From contig OZ024744.1 of the NCBI GenBank assembly GCA_964016885.1, forward strand, positions 66,402,001 through 66,466,000: a stretch of 64,000 nt of DNA. The letters run 5' to 3'. The notes beneath the pieces are model-generated. The model was not told where the DNA came from, did not search any database, and saw only the letters and a program-made list of their open reading frames with translations. Shown piece by piece: positions 51,613-64,000 of this stretch (positions within the stretch are counted from its first letter, which is position 1; every line of letters begins with the position of its first letter). Position numbers and translations under genes: made by a program. Source of the DNA: Eledone cirrhosa. Lineage: Eukaryota.

Positions 51613-52096
51613 TATTGCCCTGCAGGATATAACAGAGGAGTTCAAGACCGGCTGCCCATGGGAACTCCTGAATCGATGGCTGAACTAGTGAAGAAATTCC
51701 AAACATGGAAGCATGGCCTAGAATCAAAAGGCCTTAAAGTTAACTTGTCTAAGACAAAAGTTCTACTTTGTAAAAAGGAAAATAGGGCACAGGTGCCCTC
51801 AGAAATGGCCATGCTCAGTGTGTAGGAAAGGAGTAGGCAGAAATTCAATTTTATGTCCCAAATGCAAAGTATTGGTGCATAAAAGATGTAGTTGGATCAC
51901 AGGTAAGCTATCTAAGAACCGATTTTATATGTGGCCGATGCTCAGGTGTAATAAGTAGTAGCAAGTGCCCACAGGATACTAGCTCCTTCTATTGCCCAGA
52001 CGGTTCTATAGAAATAGTGGACACTTTCCGTTAGTAGTGGTGGAGGGTGCTCTGAAAGTACAATAACCAGAGTCAGAACGGGATGGAAAAAGTTCT
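51613..52096 (+). mobile_element. Degraded RTE fragment (end of RT and PHD finger)
   Basis: ITEEFKTGCPWEL, KKFQTWKHGLESKGLKVNLSKTKV, CSVCRKGVGRNSILCPKC and GWKKF. Confidence 0.88.
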
Positions 52097-53350
52097 TCTT
52101 CTCCTGTAGTTGTCATACAAGTAAAAAAGTGTCAGTGGTACTTTTACCTGACACAAACCCAAACTGCATTTCATCTAGATCAATTCGATTTCTGATTAGT
52201 TGTGCTATAACACTTTCTGTGACCTTCATGACCTGGTTAACTAACTTAGTGCTTCTATAGTTTCCCCTATCTAGCTTTACCCTTGTAGCAGTTAATGATG
52301 TTGCTGCTACGCCAGTCATTTGGTATGACCCCATTCTGTATTACTTGGTTTTCTATCCGGGTGACCATAGTATGCCCCACCATTCCAGATGCTTTCAACA
52401 TCTCAGCAACTATCTCCGAAGGCCCAGCTGCCTTGCTTGTCTTCATATCTTTGATTGCCTTACTTATTATACTACCTTTAACTTGCACCGCTGGTCCCTC
52501 TATTGGATCGATTTGGGGCAGACTATCTTTTTCCCATTTATTCTCCTTATTTAATAATCTCTTGTAGTGACACTTTCAGGCTATCTTCTTATCAGTATCA
52601 GTGAGGGAAAGTACACCATTATCATTACGGACACACTTCTCCCCGACAATATCACGGTTTTCCTTGACACATTGTCTATCAATCCTGAACAACTCACGTT
52701 TTGGTCCTCACGTAGAACATACTTGAACTTTCTATCCTCTTCTTCCCTTTTTGCAAGGTACACTTGTCTCCTAGCTTCTCTCCTGGCCACTTGATAGTGT
52801 TCTCTGCTTCCCCCATCCTGCCATACTTTCCAAGCCTGCTTTTTGGCCTTGATTGTCTCTTCTACCTTACTGTTCCACCACCAAGTTACTCTCCTCCTGC
52901 CAATAGGTTTGCTCCAGCCACAGATTTCATCCGTCGACTTCAGCAGGTTTACTTTCAAGTATTGCCACTGTTCCTCTATATTGCACATCTCTAATTGCTC
53001 TTCCTTATTGTCAAAGGCATCAAGTAATAAGCTTTTAAATTTGTCACTGGCTATGGGGTCCTTCAACTTCCGTATTCTTTTCAAGGTAGTCCTCCTCTGT
53101 CATCGAGTACATCTATTCCTGACTGTGAGGTCACTAACTACTAGGCTATGTTGGGAGGTGCATTCTTCATGGGGGAGGGATTTAGTGTTTACAACAGACA
53201 CTTTGTCACGTCTTCTATCTGGATGGCGTGTTCCCCTGATCTATAGGTGATCAAGTGATTGTCTCGTTTTTTGAAGTTTGTGTTACAAATAGTTAGGTTA
53301 TTAGCATCACAGAATTCCAGGATTCTGATGCCTTCCTCATTTCTATTACC
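52097..53350 (-). mobile_element. Degraded RTE fragment (EN to start of RT), running into the assembly gap
   Basis: ILEFCDANNL, KSLPHEECTSQHS, RRRVTWWWNSKV, KAAGPSEIVAEMLK and QFGFVSGKSTTD. Confidence 0.9.
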
Positions 53351-53550
53351 NNNNNNNNNNNNNNNNNNNNNNNNNNNNNNNNNNNNNNNNNNNNNNNNNN
53401 NNNNNNNNNNNNNNNNNNNNNNNNNNNNNNNNNNNNNNNNNNNNNNNNNNNNNNNNNNNNNNNNNNNNNNNNNNNNNNNNNNNNNNNNNNNNNNNNNNNN
53501 NNNNNNNNNNNNNNNNNNNNNNNNNNNNNNNNNNNNNNNNNNNNNNNNNN
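53351..53550. other. Assembly gap (200 N)
   Basis: Run of N. Confidence 1.
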
Positions 53551-53959
53551 TCCGGCAATTGGCGAAATCAGGTGTGCAAAGTATGTGTATTTGTGTGTGT
53601 GTGTGTGTGTGTGGTGTGTGTGTGTGTGTGTGTGTGCGTGCGTGTGTGTGCGTGTGTGTGTGTTAACTTATGCGAGCGACGACAGATGATTGAAGGGAGA
53701 TACGGAAACTAAAACAGTGTTGTCATATAGAGAGTGAAGAGCGACAGAGAGAGTAAAGCAGTTAAATTATAGAGAGGGGGAATGATCTATTAGAGAGAGA
53801 GGGAAGAGCGATGCAGAGAGTAAAGCTAAGAAACTATAGGGAGGTGTGTAGGATACATACATACATACATAATACATACGCTCAGCTTTATAATATTATA
53901 GATATATTTAATATATATGTTTATATATATGTTTATATATATATTTATATATATATATA

Positions 53960-53994
<35 letters not shown>

Positions 53995-54030
53995 TTATGT
54001 GTGTATGTATATATATATATATTTTATATA

Positions 54031-54069
<39 letters not shown>

Positions 54070-54175
54070 ATATATATATATATATATATTATATATAAGA
54101 AAAGGAATTGTGGTAAGGAACCAGATGGACCATAACGCACCGAAGTACTCAATACTTAGGGTAGTAGAATGGGAA

Positions 54176-54304
54176 ATAGGAAAAAGTATGACCCCGACGG
54201 CAGAGCTCAAGCCGTGTCAACGCATTTTTGGACTCAAAATAGTCCAGAAATAGCCGTCGAAACGGCTTGAGCTGCCCTGCGTCGGGGTCATATGTTTTCC
54301 TATT
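54176..54304. repeat. Inverted repeat enclosing the 3' half of a hammerhead-like fold
   Basis: Arms ATGACCCCGACG..GCTCAAGCCGT and ACGGCTTGAGC..CGTCGGGGTCAT. The spacer holds TGGACT-CAAAAT-AGTCCA GAAAT AGCC GTC. Confidence 0.65.
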
Positions 54305-54526
54305 GTATATATATATATATAATTATAAGTTTCTCCAATGATCTGATTAAGCTAACATCATATTTAAAATTGAGTGGCACTGCTTCTAGTGTTCAGCAAT
54401 TTTTAGACAACTTAATCAGTGAAACAATTCCCCCTTTTTATACTGTTGACCATGTTATTCCTCACTTGTTCAATTTTATATATAATTATATATATGTGTA
54501 TATATATATATGTGTATATATACTTT

Positions 54527-54812
54527 CAATGTAAAGTTACGTTGGTACCACAACATCCAGTTGTAAATAAATGAGGTCGTGTAGGTGTCAAGACAAAAAA
54601 AACACAGTCCACGCTATAATGTGGCTGTGTAGGTAACACGGTAAAAACCCTCCCAGTCCAAACTGTAAACGTTGTTGGTGTTAGGAAGGGCATCCAGCCG
54701 TAGAAAACCCGCCAGACAGTCCTATATGAGCAAGACAACCAATCTTGCCTCACGTGGGAAAATTACCGTCCAAACCCATGCTAGCGTGGAAGATGGACAT
54801 TAAACGATGATG
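54527..54812 (+). mobile_element. RTE LINE 3' UTR fragment
   Basis: Homologous to ~47208-47497, with a (GAT)n tail. Confidence 0.88.
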
Positions 54813-55267
54813 ATGATGATGATGATGATGATATATATATATTTATAATTTTGAGTATAAGTTGGTTGTTTACCGATACCTCAGTATGCAGATTGGGGCA
54901 CTCGAATTAGTGTAGAAAAGACAGGTAGACATGTTGTTGAAGTGTGTTCCACTCTGTCAATACATCGATATGTCCAACTCATGGGTGTGTTGTTAGTCCT
55001 ATTTATATATATATATATATATTATTTATACTTATGTATAAACTATCTATAATTATAAACTGGAAAGGTCAGTAATTCATTACCACCTTATTACCAGTAA
55101 GAAAAATAGCTCAATGTAAATACATCAGATGTTTTACAGAGCTGGAATATTGTCATTATGTGATACCTTTGCCATACTGTGATATATATGCTTAGTACCA
55201 TTGTTTGTATGTACGTATATGTATATATATATGTATATATTTATATATATATATATATACATATACA

Positions 55268-55304
55268 GTGCTGATGACAGCTAATAAGCTAGAAACTAGT
55301 TCAT
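55268..55304 (+). ncRNA. Minimal type-I hammerhead motif
   Basis: GUG CUGAUGA CAGCU-AAUA-AGCUA GAAAC UA GUU CAU, with a palindromic stem III (AACUAGUU). Confidence 0.65.
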
Positions 55305-55499
55305 CATTCCTTTGTCAGTGTTGAACAAAATGGCAACGATGGTTGCTGAACACTGTACGGCTTAATTCAGGCTGTTTGTTTACAAACAAACCGAGCATTA
55401 TAACAAATGTTCAGTAAACCCATACGTACATATATATATGTGTGCATGTATGTATATATATACATACTTCTGTACGTCTGCATACAGATATGTATGTAC

Positions 55500-55541
<42 letters not shown>

Positions 55542-55714
55542 TTATATATATATTTATTTATACATATATATATGTATGTATGTAACATTAGATTTGAAAA
55601 TATGAGTAGTTGTTAATAAAATGATTTGAAGTATCATCTTTGGTTTGTCAGTTTGTCACTTGTATTAAAAAAATGGCTGAGCTCCTGGCGTTTCATATTA
55701 CCCCACTCTACTAC

Positions 55715-56163
55715 CACACCTGATTAATGGTCTAAGCTGACCCTGCCCAATTGCACTTCTCAAAGGCAATGACACCGGACCTAGCCCTCTGGCGTTACGC
55801 AGCGGTACAGACGGACCCGACTTCCTATGGGTACAAGCTGAAGCTAAAGCATATAGACAATATGTCCACAATATGCCCCCACACCCCTCTCCCCACTGCA
55901 AAGTGGTCGTGGAGGTGTCACGACAAAAAAGCACCCAGCCCCACACTGTAAAGTGGACGCGTAGGTGCCATGGAAAAAAACACCCAACACTCACTGTAAA
56001 TGAGGTTGGTGTTAGGAATGGCATTCAGCCATAGAAATCAAGCCAGAATCAGTTCCTGTATGAGCAAGACATGATCATCTAACCTGACATTGCCCACAAA
56101 CAGGACAACCCGTTCTAACCCATGCTAACGTGGAAGAATGGACGTAAAACGGTGATGATATGA
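55715..56163 (+). mobile_element. RTE LINE 3' fragment (ORF end and UTR)
   Basis: Homologous to ~13455-13866. Confidence 0.85.
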
Positions 56164-56185
56164 TATATATGTGTTTGTGTGTGTT

Positions 56186-56220
<35 letters not shown>

Positions 56221-56589
56221 AGCTTCGATTCATAAAAAAAAATGATAACTCAGTATCATTTTCCACATTTTTATTCCCCTACACGATGGCAAAAGAACCA
56301 GTTAGTTTCATTTCCTCTCTACTTTCCTGACCCTATGCAACAAGGATATTTAAAGAAAAGAAGAACATTATCATTCTCAGGAGATAGAAACCAAAGCTAG
56401 AACTGAAAATCCAAACCAAAGTGAGATGAGCAGTATAAGTGGATGACAGGATGTTCCATTCTGAAGAAATTGTTCTGTTTCCCATGGCTGTTATTATATG
56501 TCAACATAAGAACACATAGACAATTACCAGCTACTGTGATTTGAACAATTTGATTACAGCTTTGACAAAAAACAAAAAAAATCTCAGAA

Positions 56590-56856
56590 CTATCTGAATT
56601 CTGTATTGCTCTGAAAACATTTGGCCAACAATGATTCTGAGCATACCTGCCACATCTTGTGAGAGATCATTTTCTTTATTAAAGCAAGTAAATGGGGTGT
56701 TCTCAAAGTGAAGGGAGATTGAGTAATTTGGTCTTATTTCCATGAATAAAAACCCTTTGAAGAAGATGAAAGTAGAGCATGATACTGATACATTTTACAG
56801 CAAAGTGGTCAATGAATTTGCCAAAAAGAAATGAATTGAACTAGTTTACAAATAAA
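56590..56856 (+). pseudogene. hAT transposase C-terminal (dimerisation) domain relic
   Basis: Reads across lesions as ILSIPATSCERSFSLLKQV..RLSNL..ISMNK..KVVNEFAKKK..IELVYK*. CERSFS is the hATC signature. Confidence 0.65.
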
Positions 56857-57125
56857 TTTTAAATATCTCTTCAGCTGTGTCAAAGATATTTCAACCTCCC
56901 TAGGGGTGGACCCATGATAAAATGCATATGGTAGGATGTGGGAATGAATATAAGCGAGATGCAGACTCTTGGTCCATTGGAGAGGTTAATAGCTCGACTT
57001 CAGTACTGACTTGGTCTGTGAAGATCCATCCAGCATATATTTTCCCAGCCATAGCAGGGAAGATATATGTTAAATGATGATGATGATGTTGATGATATAT
57101 ATATATATATGTGTGTTTGTGTGTC

Positions 57126-57172
<47 letters not shown>

Positions 57173-58171
57173 CATATGTGATGATGATGATGATGATGAG
57201 ATTAACTTATTATACATAGAGAGAAAAATCTTTTGTTGTCAGCTGGAGCTAATTAGAAACCCTTCATTTTCCTTTTGTTTTTTTAACTACTTGATTTCTC
57301 ACTTTCTACAACCAACAAAAGCACTATTTATTTAATATTAGCAACATTAATTATATAGTATATCTAATCATCCATTTGAGAAGTTTATAAAGCAATAGTG
57401 GGAGTTCCAAACAGTTCTAAGGTAGTAGACTAAAGGAGTATAATAGATAACAAGCTCAAATGTTTCTTTTACCAGGAACTGCCTCCATTTGATCCAATGT
57501 CTTAGTCTGTTCTCAACTATTATTTTCTCTATCATCTATCTTATTTGCAAATGGGGGCCCACTTAATCTGTCATCCAGTTTAATACCACCACCGGAACTT
57601 TAGGTGTTTTAGTAGAGTCAGATCTATTGCAAGCATTTGAACTATATATTCCAGTTTGAAGATACACCACCCTTTTCATCCATTTGAGGGGCGTTGTGTG
57701 CACTACCCTCTCTTCTTAACTAAACAGTAATAAAAAAAATAAAAATAAAAACACTAGACTAAGTTGACTCTGTTTGTTTTTTCAACTGTGAATAATCTCC
57801 CTTAACTTAATATTGTCACATGTTAGTGAAATGAGGTGATGTTAATATTTGAGGATCATTTACTTATTTGGAGGTCAACTGTGTTTGGAGGTAGGATGGC
57901 CAACTACAATGACTAGGGTTCCAAAACTGACATGAGGAAAAGTTTGTTTTTGTTTTAACTGGTCAAAATGTTTATGTTTTTGTTTTAACTGGTCAATTGT
58001 TGTTAGATTCTTTACCCATTCTATATAGACAATAGTGTTTTAAATATTATTGTTATTGTTGTTATTCAAATATTATTGTTATTCCTCGGTCTTGCTTTCA
58101 AATTTGCAGCAATATATTCTACATTAGCTCAGTATATGTAGCTCTCAGAAATAAGTAACAGATAACCTATG

Positions 58172-58765
58172 TAATGTTACCTGTGATAGACTGGTGTCAT
58201 ATCCTGGTGGAGATTTACCTCTCATCCTCTCTGTTGTGTTTCTATACACAACACTATATTACTACATTACCACAGTCCACCTAGGTACCACCAGATAATG
58301 TTACTTGTGATAGACTGGTGACATATCCTGGTGGAGATTTATCTCTCATCCTCTCTGTTGTGTTTCTATATACAACACTATATTACTACATTACCACAGT
58401 TCACCTAGGTACCACCAGATAATGTTACCTGTGATAGACTGGTGACATATCCTGGTGGAGATTTATCTCTCATCCTCTCTACTGTGTTTCTATATACAAC
58501 ACTATATTACTACATTACCACAGAGCAACTAAGTAATAGCAGATTATCTGGTAATGTTACCTCTGATAGACTGGTGACATATCCCGGAGGAAATTTATCT
58601 CTCATCCTCCCTACTGTGTTTCTATACACAACACTATATACTATGATGCCACAGATCACTTAGGTACTAGATCTTCTGGGAATGTTATCTGTAATAGACT
58701 GATGTCCTCCTCCTATACATGTGGAGTTGTATCTTTCATCTCTGTTGTATTTCTGTACACAACAC
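58172..58765. repeat. Tandem repeat, ~125-bp unit, ~4.5 copies
   Basis: TAATGTTACCTGTGATAGACTGGTGACATATCCTGGTGGAGATTT at ~58172, 58296, 58420 and 58552, with a degenerate copy at 58681. Confidence 0.9.
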
Positions 58766-59129
58766 ACTCTGATGAACTACCTCTCAAAGAAAAATAACCA
58801 TCAGAGCTGTTAATTGTGATAGATTGATGCCTTATACTCTAGTTTACTTAAAGCTGTGAAACTGGAGCTAGACAGCCACTGTGAAATAAAGCTTTCTTAT
58901 CTGATCTCCAATTCAATTAGTTGCTATTTATTATACACACACAAACACAACACATAATGCATCACTAGATATATTTTACCTTTGTGTTTGTTAGTAATAC
59001 ATCATCTAATTTTCTGTGCTGTGCTCTAACCAGATTTAAACACATACTTGATCCCTTTATTCTAAACATCTGATCTCCCTATTTTGCTGCACGCTCTTAA
59101 CACATACATTCCTATCTCATTTTCTCCTT

Positions 59130-59194
<65 letters not shown>

Positions 59195-59374
59195 ATAAAA
59201 AACAAAAACATCAATCAAATTAAATAAGGAACTAACCAAACTTAAAATTCCTTCCACATCTCTGATTTTCTGAGCAACACAGCAACAACCATTTCAATCA
59301 CCACTATCATATATATATACATATACATATACACTTATAATTTTATACATATATATATATATATATATACTCCA

Positions 59375-59818
<444 letters not shown>

Positions 59819-60770
59819 TGTGTGTATGTTTATATATATACTCTAGTTTGAGATAGGAAGAACATCCAGCCATAGAAACCCTACTAAACACAAAGTTGGG
59901 AAGGCTCTTCAACTATGCCAAGAACATGATAACTTCCCTCGTGTTGGCACCACGGATAAAATGCACATGGTATGGTACAGAGTCATATGTTTAGCTTCTA
60001 GCCCAGCTGTAGTTTAGTGGATCCATTTGAGTACTAGCTGGTTTGAAAAGACATATCCAGCCCTTGCTAATAGGGAAAACACATGTTAAATGATGGTGTT
60101 GTTATATATATATATAAGGGTTTAGCATGACCAATGGGCCTGTCCCTCCTCATAGCCGTGCCATCCAGTTCCACACTGTAATTGTGGGTGCGGGTCCCAA
60201 ACTATGGCTCCACTGTGAGAAGGGTTCAGTGTAGCCAACCAGCCTGTCTCTCCTCATAATGGTGCCATCCAGTGGTTGTTATTAAGAAGGGCATCCAGCT
60301 GTAAAAACCCCCCAGATAAATTTACAGTTCCATCAGAGCAAGGTGCAGCTTGGCTAATCCAGATCAGACTTTTCTCTCGACGGGAACAACCCGTCTGACC
60401 CATTGACCCATGTAAGCATGGTAAAATGGATGTTAAACAGTGGTGATGATATAGACAGAGAATGTAGACTTCTGGCATGAATGAAAACATTTCAAAATAT
60501 TACTAATATTTTATCTTTTACCTTCAATTGTGTTTCAAGGAATTTAAAATAAACATTTTAGAATGACTTGGTCAGATTCTAGTGTTTGAATGACAGACAG
60601 ATACAAAATGCAGTAGAATCATTATAATATAGGGTAAATAGTATTAGATATAAGGGCCAGGCAGTTCCCTTACCTTTTGCAGGCCTTCCCAGATTAATGA
60701 TGGAGGTGTTTTACTTAGATCTCTCTATAGTAATGCCTGTTTAGAAAATGTGGGATGTCTGGACAGCTCC

Positions 60771-61050
60771 AGAACTTTGGAGTTTGGTGAATAAATATAT
60801 ATTTAGGAAAGGGTTTTGGAAGTAACATAATAAAGGGGTTTACAGAAGGAGGAGTGTTTTGGTCAGGAACTTTGGTGTTTGGTAAATAAATATATATTTA
60901 GGGAAGGGTTTGGGATGTAAGATAATACAGGGTTTGCAGATGGAGGAGTGTTTTGGTCAAGAACTTTGGAGTTTGATGAATAATATATATTTAGGGTAGA
61001 GTTTTGGAAATAAGATAACACAAGGGTTTGCAGAAGGAGGAGAGTTTTGT
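60771..61050. repeat. Tandem repeat, ~95-bp unit, 3 copies
   Basis: GAACTTTGG.GTTTG.T.AATAA.TATATATTTAGG occurs three times. Confidence 0.85.
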
Positions 61051-61627
61051 ACATTAGATGAACTTTCAACAAAGATGGTACACAGCCGACAAATTTTTAA
61101 TGTATCAGAAACTTATTTTTTTATTAATCATTAGAAATAAACAAAATAATATACAAAATATACAAAATAAGAAGTCGCTTCCCATCCCACCCCATCACTT
61201 CCCGTCCCATCACTTAGTTTAGTAGTTATCACGTCCCATCACGATAGTTTAGTAGTTATATTGTTTGGCTGAATGAAAATTTACTATTAATCAATCATAT
61301 ATCACACACACACATTTATACTCATAGTTCATAGAAAGTCTGTCTTAGATCAAACAGTGAGAAACTGTTTGTTGCCAAGACTGGTTGGTAACAGCTCTCC
61401 ATGCACTTTTAGGCAATTAAAAATATTCTCTGACTGTTTTGAGAAATTTGATGACTTCAAATATATGTATAATAAAGAAACATTTACGGCATTTCAAATA
61501 TTTTTAGTACAGTTATATTATTCACTTTGAAGTTGAAAATTAACTGTTTATTTATGTTGAGTGAAATGTTGTTCTTTGTTGAACCTTATACAACAAAAAC
61601 AAAAGACAAAAACAGTTGTTAATTTTA

Positions 61628-61810
61628 TGTGGCAGTATCAGTAGAGAGTCGGACACCATGCTTAGCAGCATAGAGTTACGGACCTTTGCATTCTGAGTTC
61701 AAATCCCGCTGACATTAACTGTGTCTTTCATCCTTACGGGGGTCGATAAAATAAAGCACCAGTAATACACTGGGGTAAATGTTGGCCTTGTGCCAAAAGT
61801 AGAAACAATT
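61628..61810 (+). mobile_element. Meta-type SINE (further decayed copies at ~61878-62015 plus strand and ~62270-62475 minus strand)
   Basis: Homologous to 35541-35731. Confidence 0.78.
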
Positions 61811-63387
61811 TTATGTAGTAATAAAAAAAGAAAAACATGAATTCCTATTTTATCTAATTGATTTATTTCTTATTCTACTTCTGAGTTCAAATCTTACTGG
61901 GGTCAACTTAGCTTTTATCTTTCCATAGTTAATACATAAAATAAAGTAAGTACCAGTCAGTTTAATTGACCATACTCCTTCCCAAAATGTCTGGCCTTGT
62001 GCCTATGTCAGAAATTCTTTTTATCTATGAAAGCAACATGTACATCACTATTTCTGGCCTTCTAAGACTCAGAAGATTGATCTCAGTGTAAAATATGTCA
62101 TAAGAAGAAGAATGCCCCTGAACAGAAAATAAAATAAGTAAATTTTCTAATAAAATTTGGAGCATCTTTCTCAATTTTGAAAATGTTGAGTACATAAAAT
62201 ACAGTGTTTAAAAAGATAAAAATAAAACCAAACCATCAACTTAAAAATTTTGTTACTAATAATATTTTTTTATTTAGGTACAAGGCCAACAATTTTGAGG
62301 GAGAGGAAATTTGATTAAATCAATCCATGTGCCTTACTGATACTTTATTTTATCGAACCCATAAGGATGAAAAGCAAAGCTAACCTCAGTAAGATTTGAA
62401 CTTAGAACATAAAAGGACTTAACTATATGCCTCAAAGCATGTCTGACACTCTACTGATACTGCCAAAACACTGCCATTTGCTTCGAACATAGTAAAGTAA
62501 AATCAGTAGTAATTTATCATACATTTAAATATGATAAATCTCATGCATTGTGATAGTCATCCTGTAATGATTTAGCAGAAAATTGTGATAAACATCCTGA
62601 AATGATTTAGCCAAAAATGTCTAAAAACAAGAAAGCTTAATTCAAATGTTTTTAGTATATTTACTATCTTATATTATCTTATTCATCATCTTTAGGCGAG
62701 ACAGCAAAGCACAACTTCATGACAACAATCTCAGTTTCCCATCAAGGTTTGTAGGTCATCCTTGTCAATTCCAGTGTCTCTTGCTATGGTATCTTAGTAT
62801 CTAAGCTTTCTGGCAGGGGATATATCCCAGGCAAGACAGCAAGCATAACTTCACACCAATAGTCTCTGTTTCCCCATCAAAATTTGTAGTTCATCCTTGT
62901 TAATTCCAGTCTCTGTTGCTATAGTATCCTGTTATCTGTCCAACTAGAGCTCTGAAACCAACTCATTTTTTGTGTGGAATTGGTGACCAGCAAAGCTTTA
63001 GTAGTAGACAGATTATTGTGAAAACTTGCAGTAAACTAAAGTAAAGCTAATTTTTGATATGATGCAGTCATTGTGTGTGTGTGTGTATTTTTTTCTTTTA
63101 ACTTGCTAATGTGGTTTAATGCATTACAGGACTTTAAGAGTTAAGACATAACAGATTCATTCAAGCAGTTCTCTCCCTCTCTCTCTCTCTCTCCCTCTTT
63201 GCTCCCTCTCTCTCTCTGCTCTCTCTTCTCTCACACACACATACATACATATAATTAGCATAATCAGCATAATTTTTATATTTGCTTTCTCATGCTGGCA
63301 TGGGTTGGACAAGACATTATGAGGCAGTAATTTATAGCAAGACGTCCTAAAGCTTCCTAAAGCCAACCCTTATTCTACTGATCTCTC

Positions 63388-63434
<47 letters not shown>

Positions 63435-63489
63435 TACACTCACTCATGCACTCAAATATACATAGATATAATTTAAAACTGTTCTGAAC

Positions 63490-63990
63490 TGAAAGTTAGA
63501 TTGTTCATGGCTATAGTAGAATCTATTTTGCTTTATGGAGCAGAAACATGGACACTTATAAAAGCCTTAAAGAAACAATTAAATGAATGCTACACCAAAA
63601 TACTTAGAATGGCACTCATAACAGACTTGTCAACTCTCCCAATCTGATGGGGAGGTTTGCATTAGCCTTTGGGTGGGTGAGGGATGTCTTCTCTTGTGAA
63701 AATGGGTAAAGCTTTCATTATGTAAAATCTCCGCATTTTGGGGAACTTTTTTTCCATGGTACTCCCTGTTTGGGTTTTTAGAGGTTGGCAGATCTGTATG
63801 GAAGAAATGCTGATCTTTATGATGATCTTCCAAAAATCTCACTAACAGTTCAACAAAGAAGGATGTGACACACAGGCCACTGCATCAGACACAATGATGA
63901 GGTTGCAAACAAGTTAATGCTCTGGTAACCTACTGAGAGAAGAACTTCTAGAGGAAGGAGAAACATCACCTGCTACAAGACACAGAGATG
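63490..63990 (+). mobile_element. Old RTE-like LINE relic with a ~200-bp interruption
   Basis: VESILLYGAETWTLIKALKKQLNECYTKILRMAL, then later GHCIRHNDEVANKLMLW..RGRR. Confidence 0.7.
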
Positions 63991-64000
63991 GAGCCTGTAG

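Overview
This is AT-rich, microsatellite-saturated eukaryotic non-coding DNA. The repeat content resembles a mollusc, probably a cephalopod or octopus (inference). No host gene is recognisable, and the many YI/MY/HT ORFs are translations of (TA)n/(TATG)n repeats. The window is a retroelement landscape with five main components. (1) A nearly intact RTE-type LINE (~43955-47497; APE endonuclease + RT) plus at least 6 fragments; a C4HC3 PHD-type finger sits inside the RT. (2) tRNA-derived CORE-type SINEs that share this LINE's 3' tail, and Meta-type SINEs. (3) A multi-copy ~610-bp bipartite non-autonomous RTE derivative with a structured 5' end and a residual C2H2 finger. (4) About a dozen type-I hammerhead-ribozyme-like folds of several unrelated sequence families, mostly inside inverted-repeat relics typical of Penelope-like elements. 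(5) Relics of CR1, R4/Dong, hAT, Helitron and MITE elements, 31-bp and 53-bp minisatellites, and a 200-N gap. All folds and alignments were made by eye, so boundaries of degraded elements are approximate.
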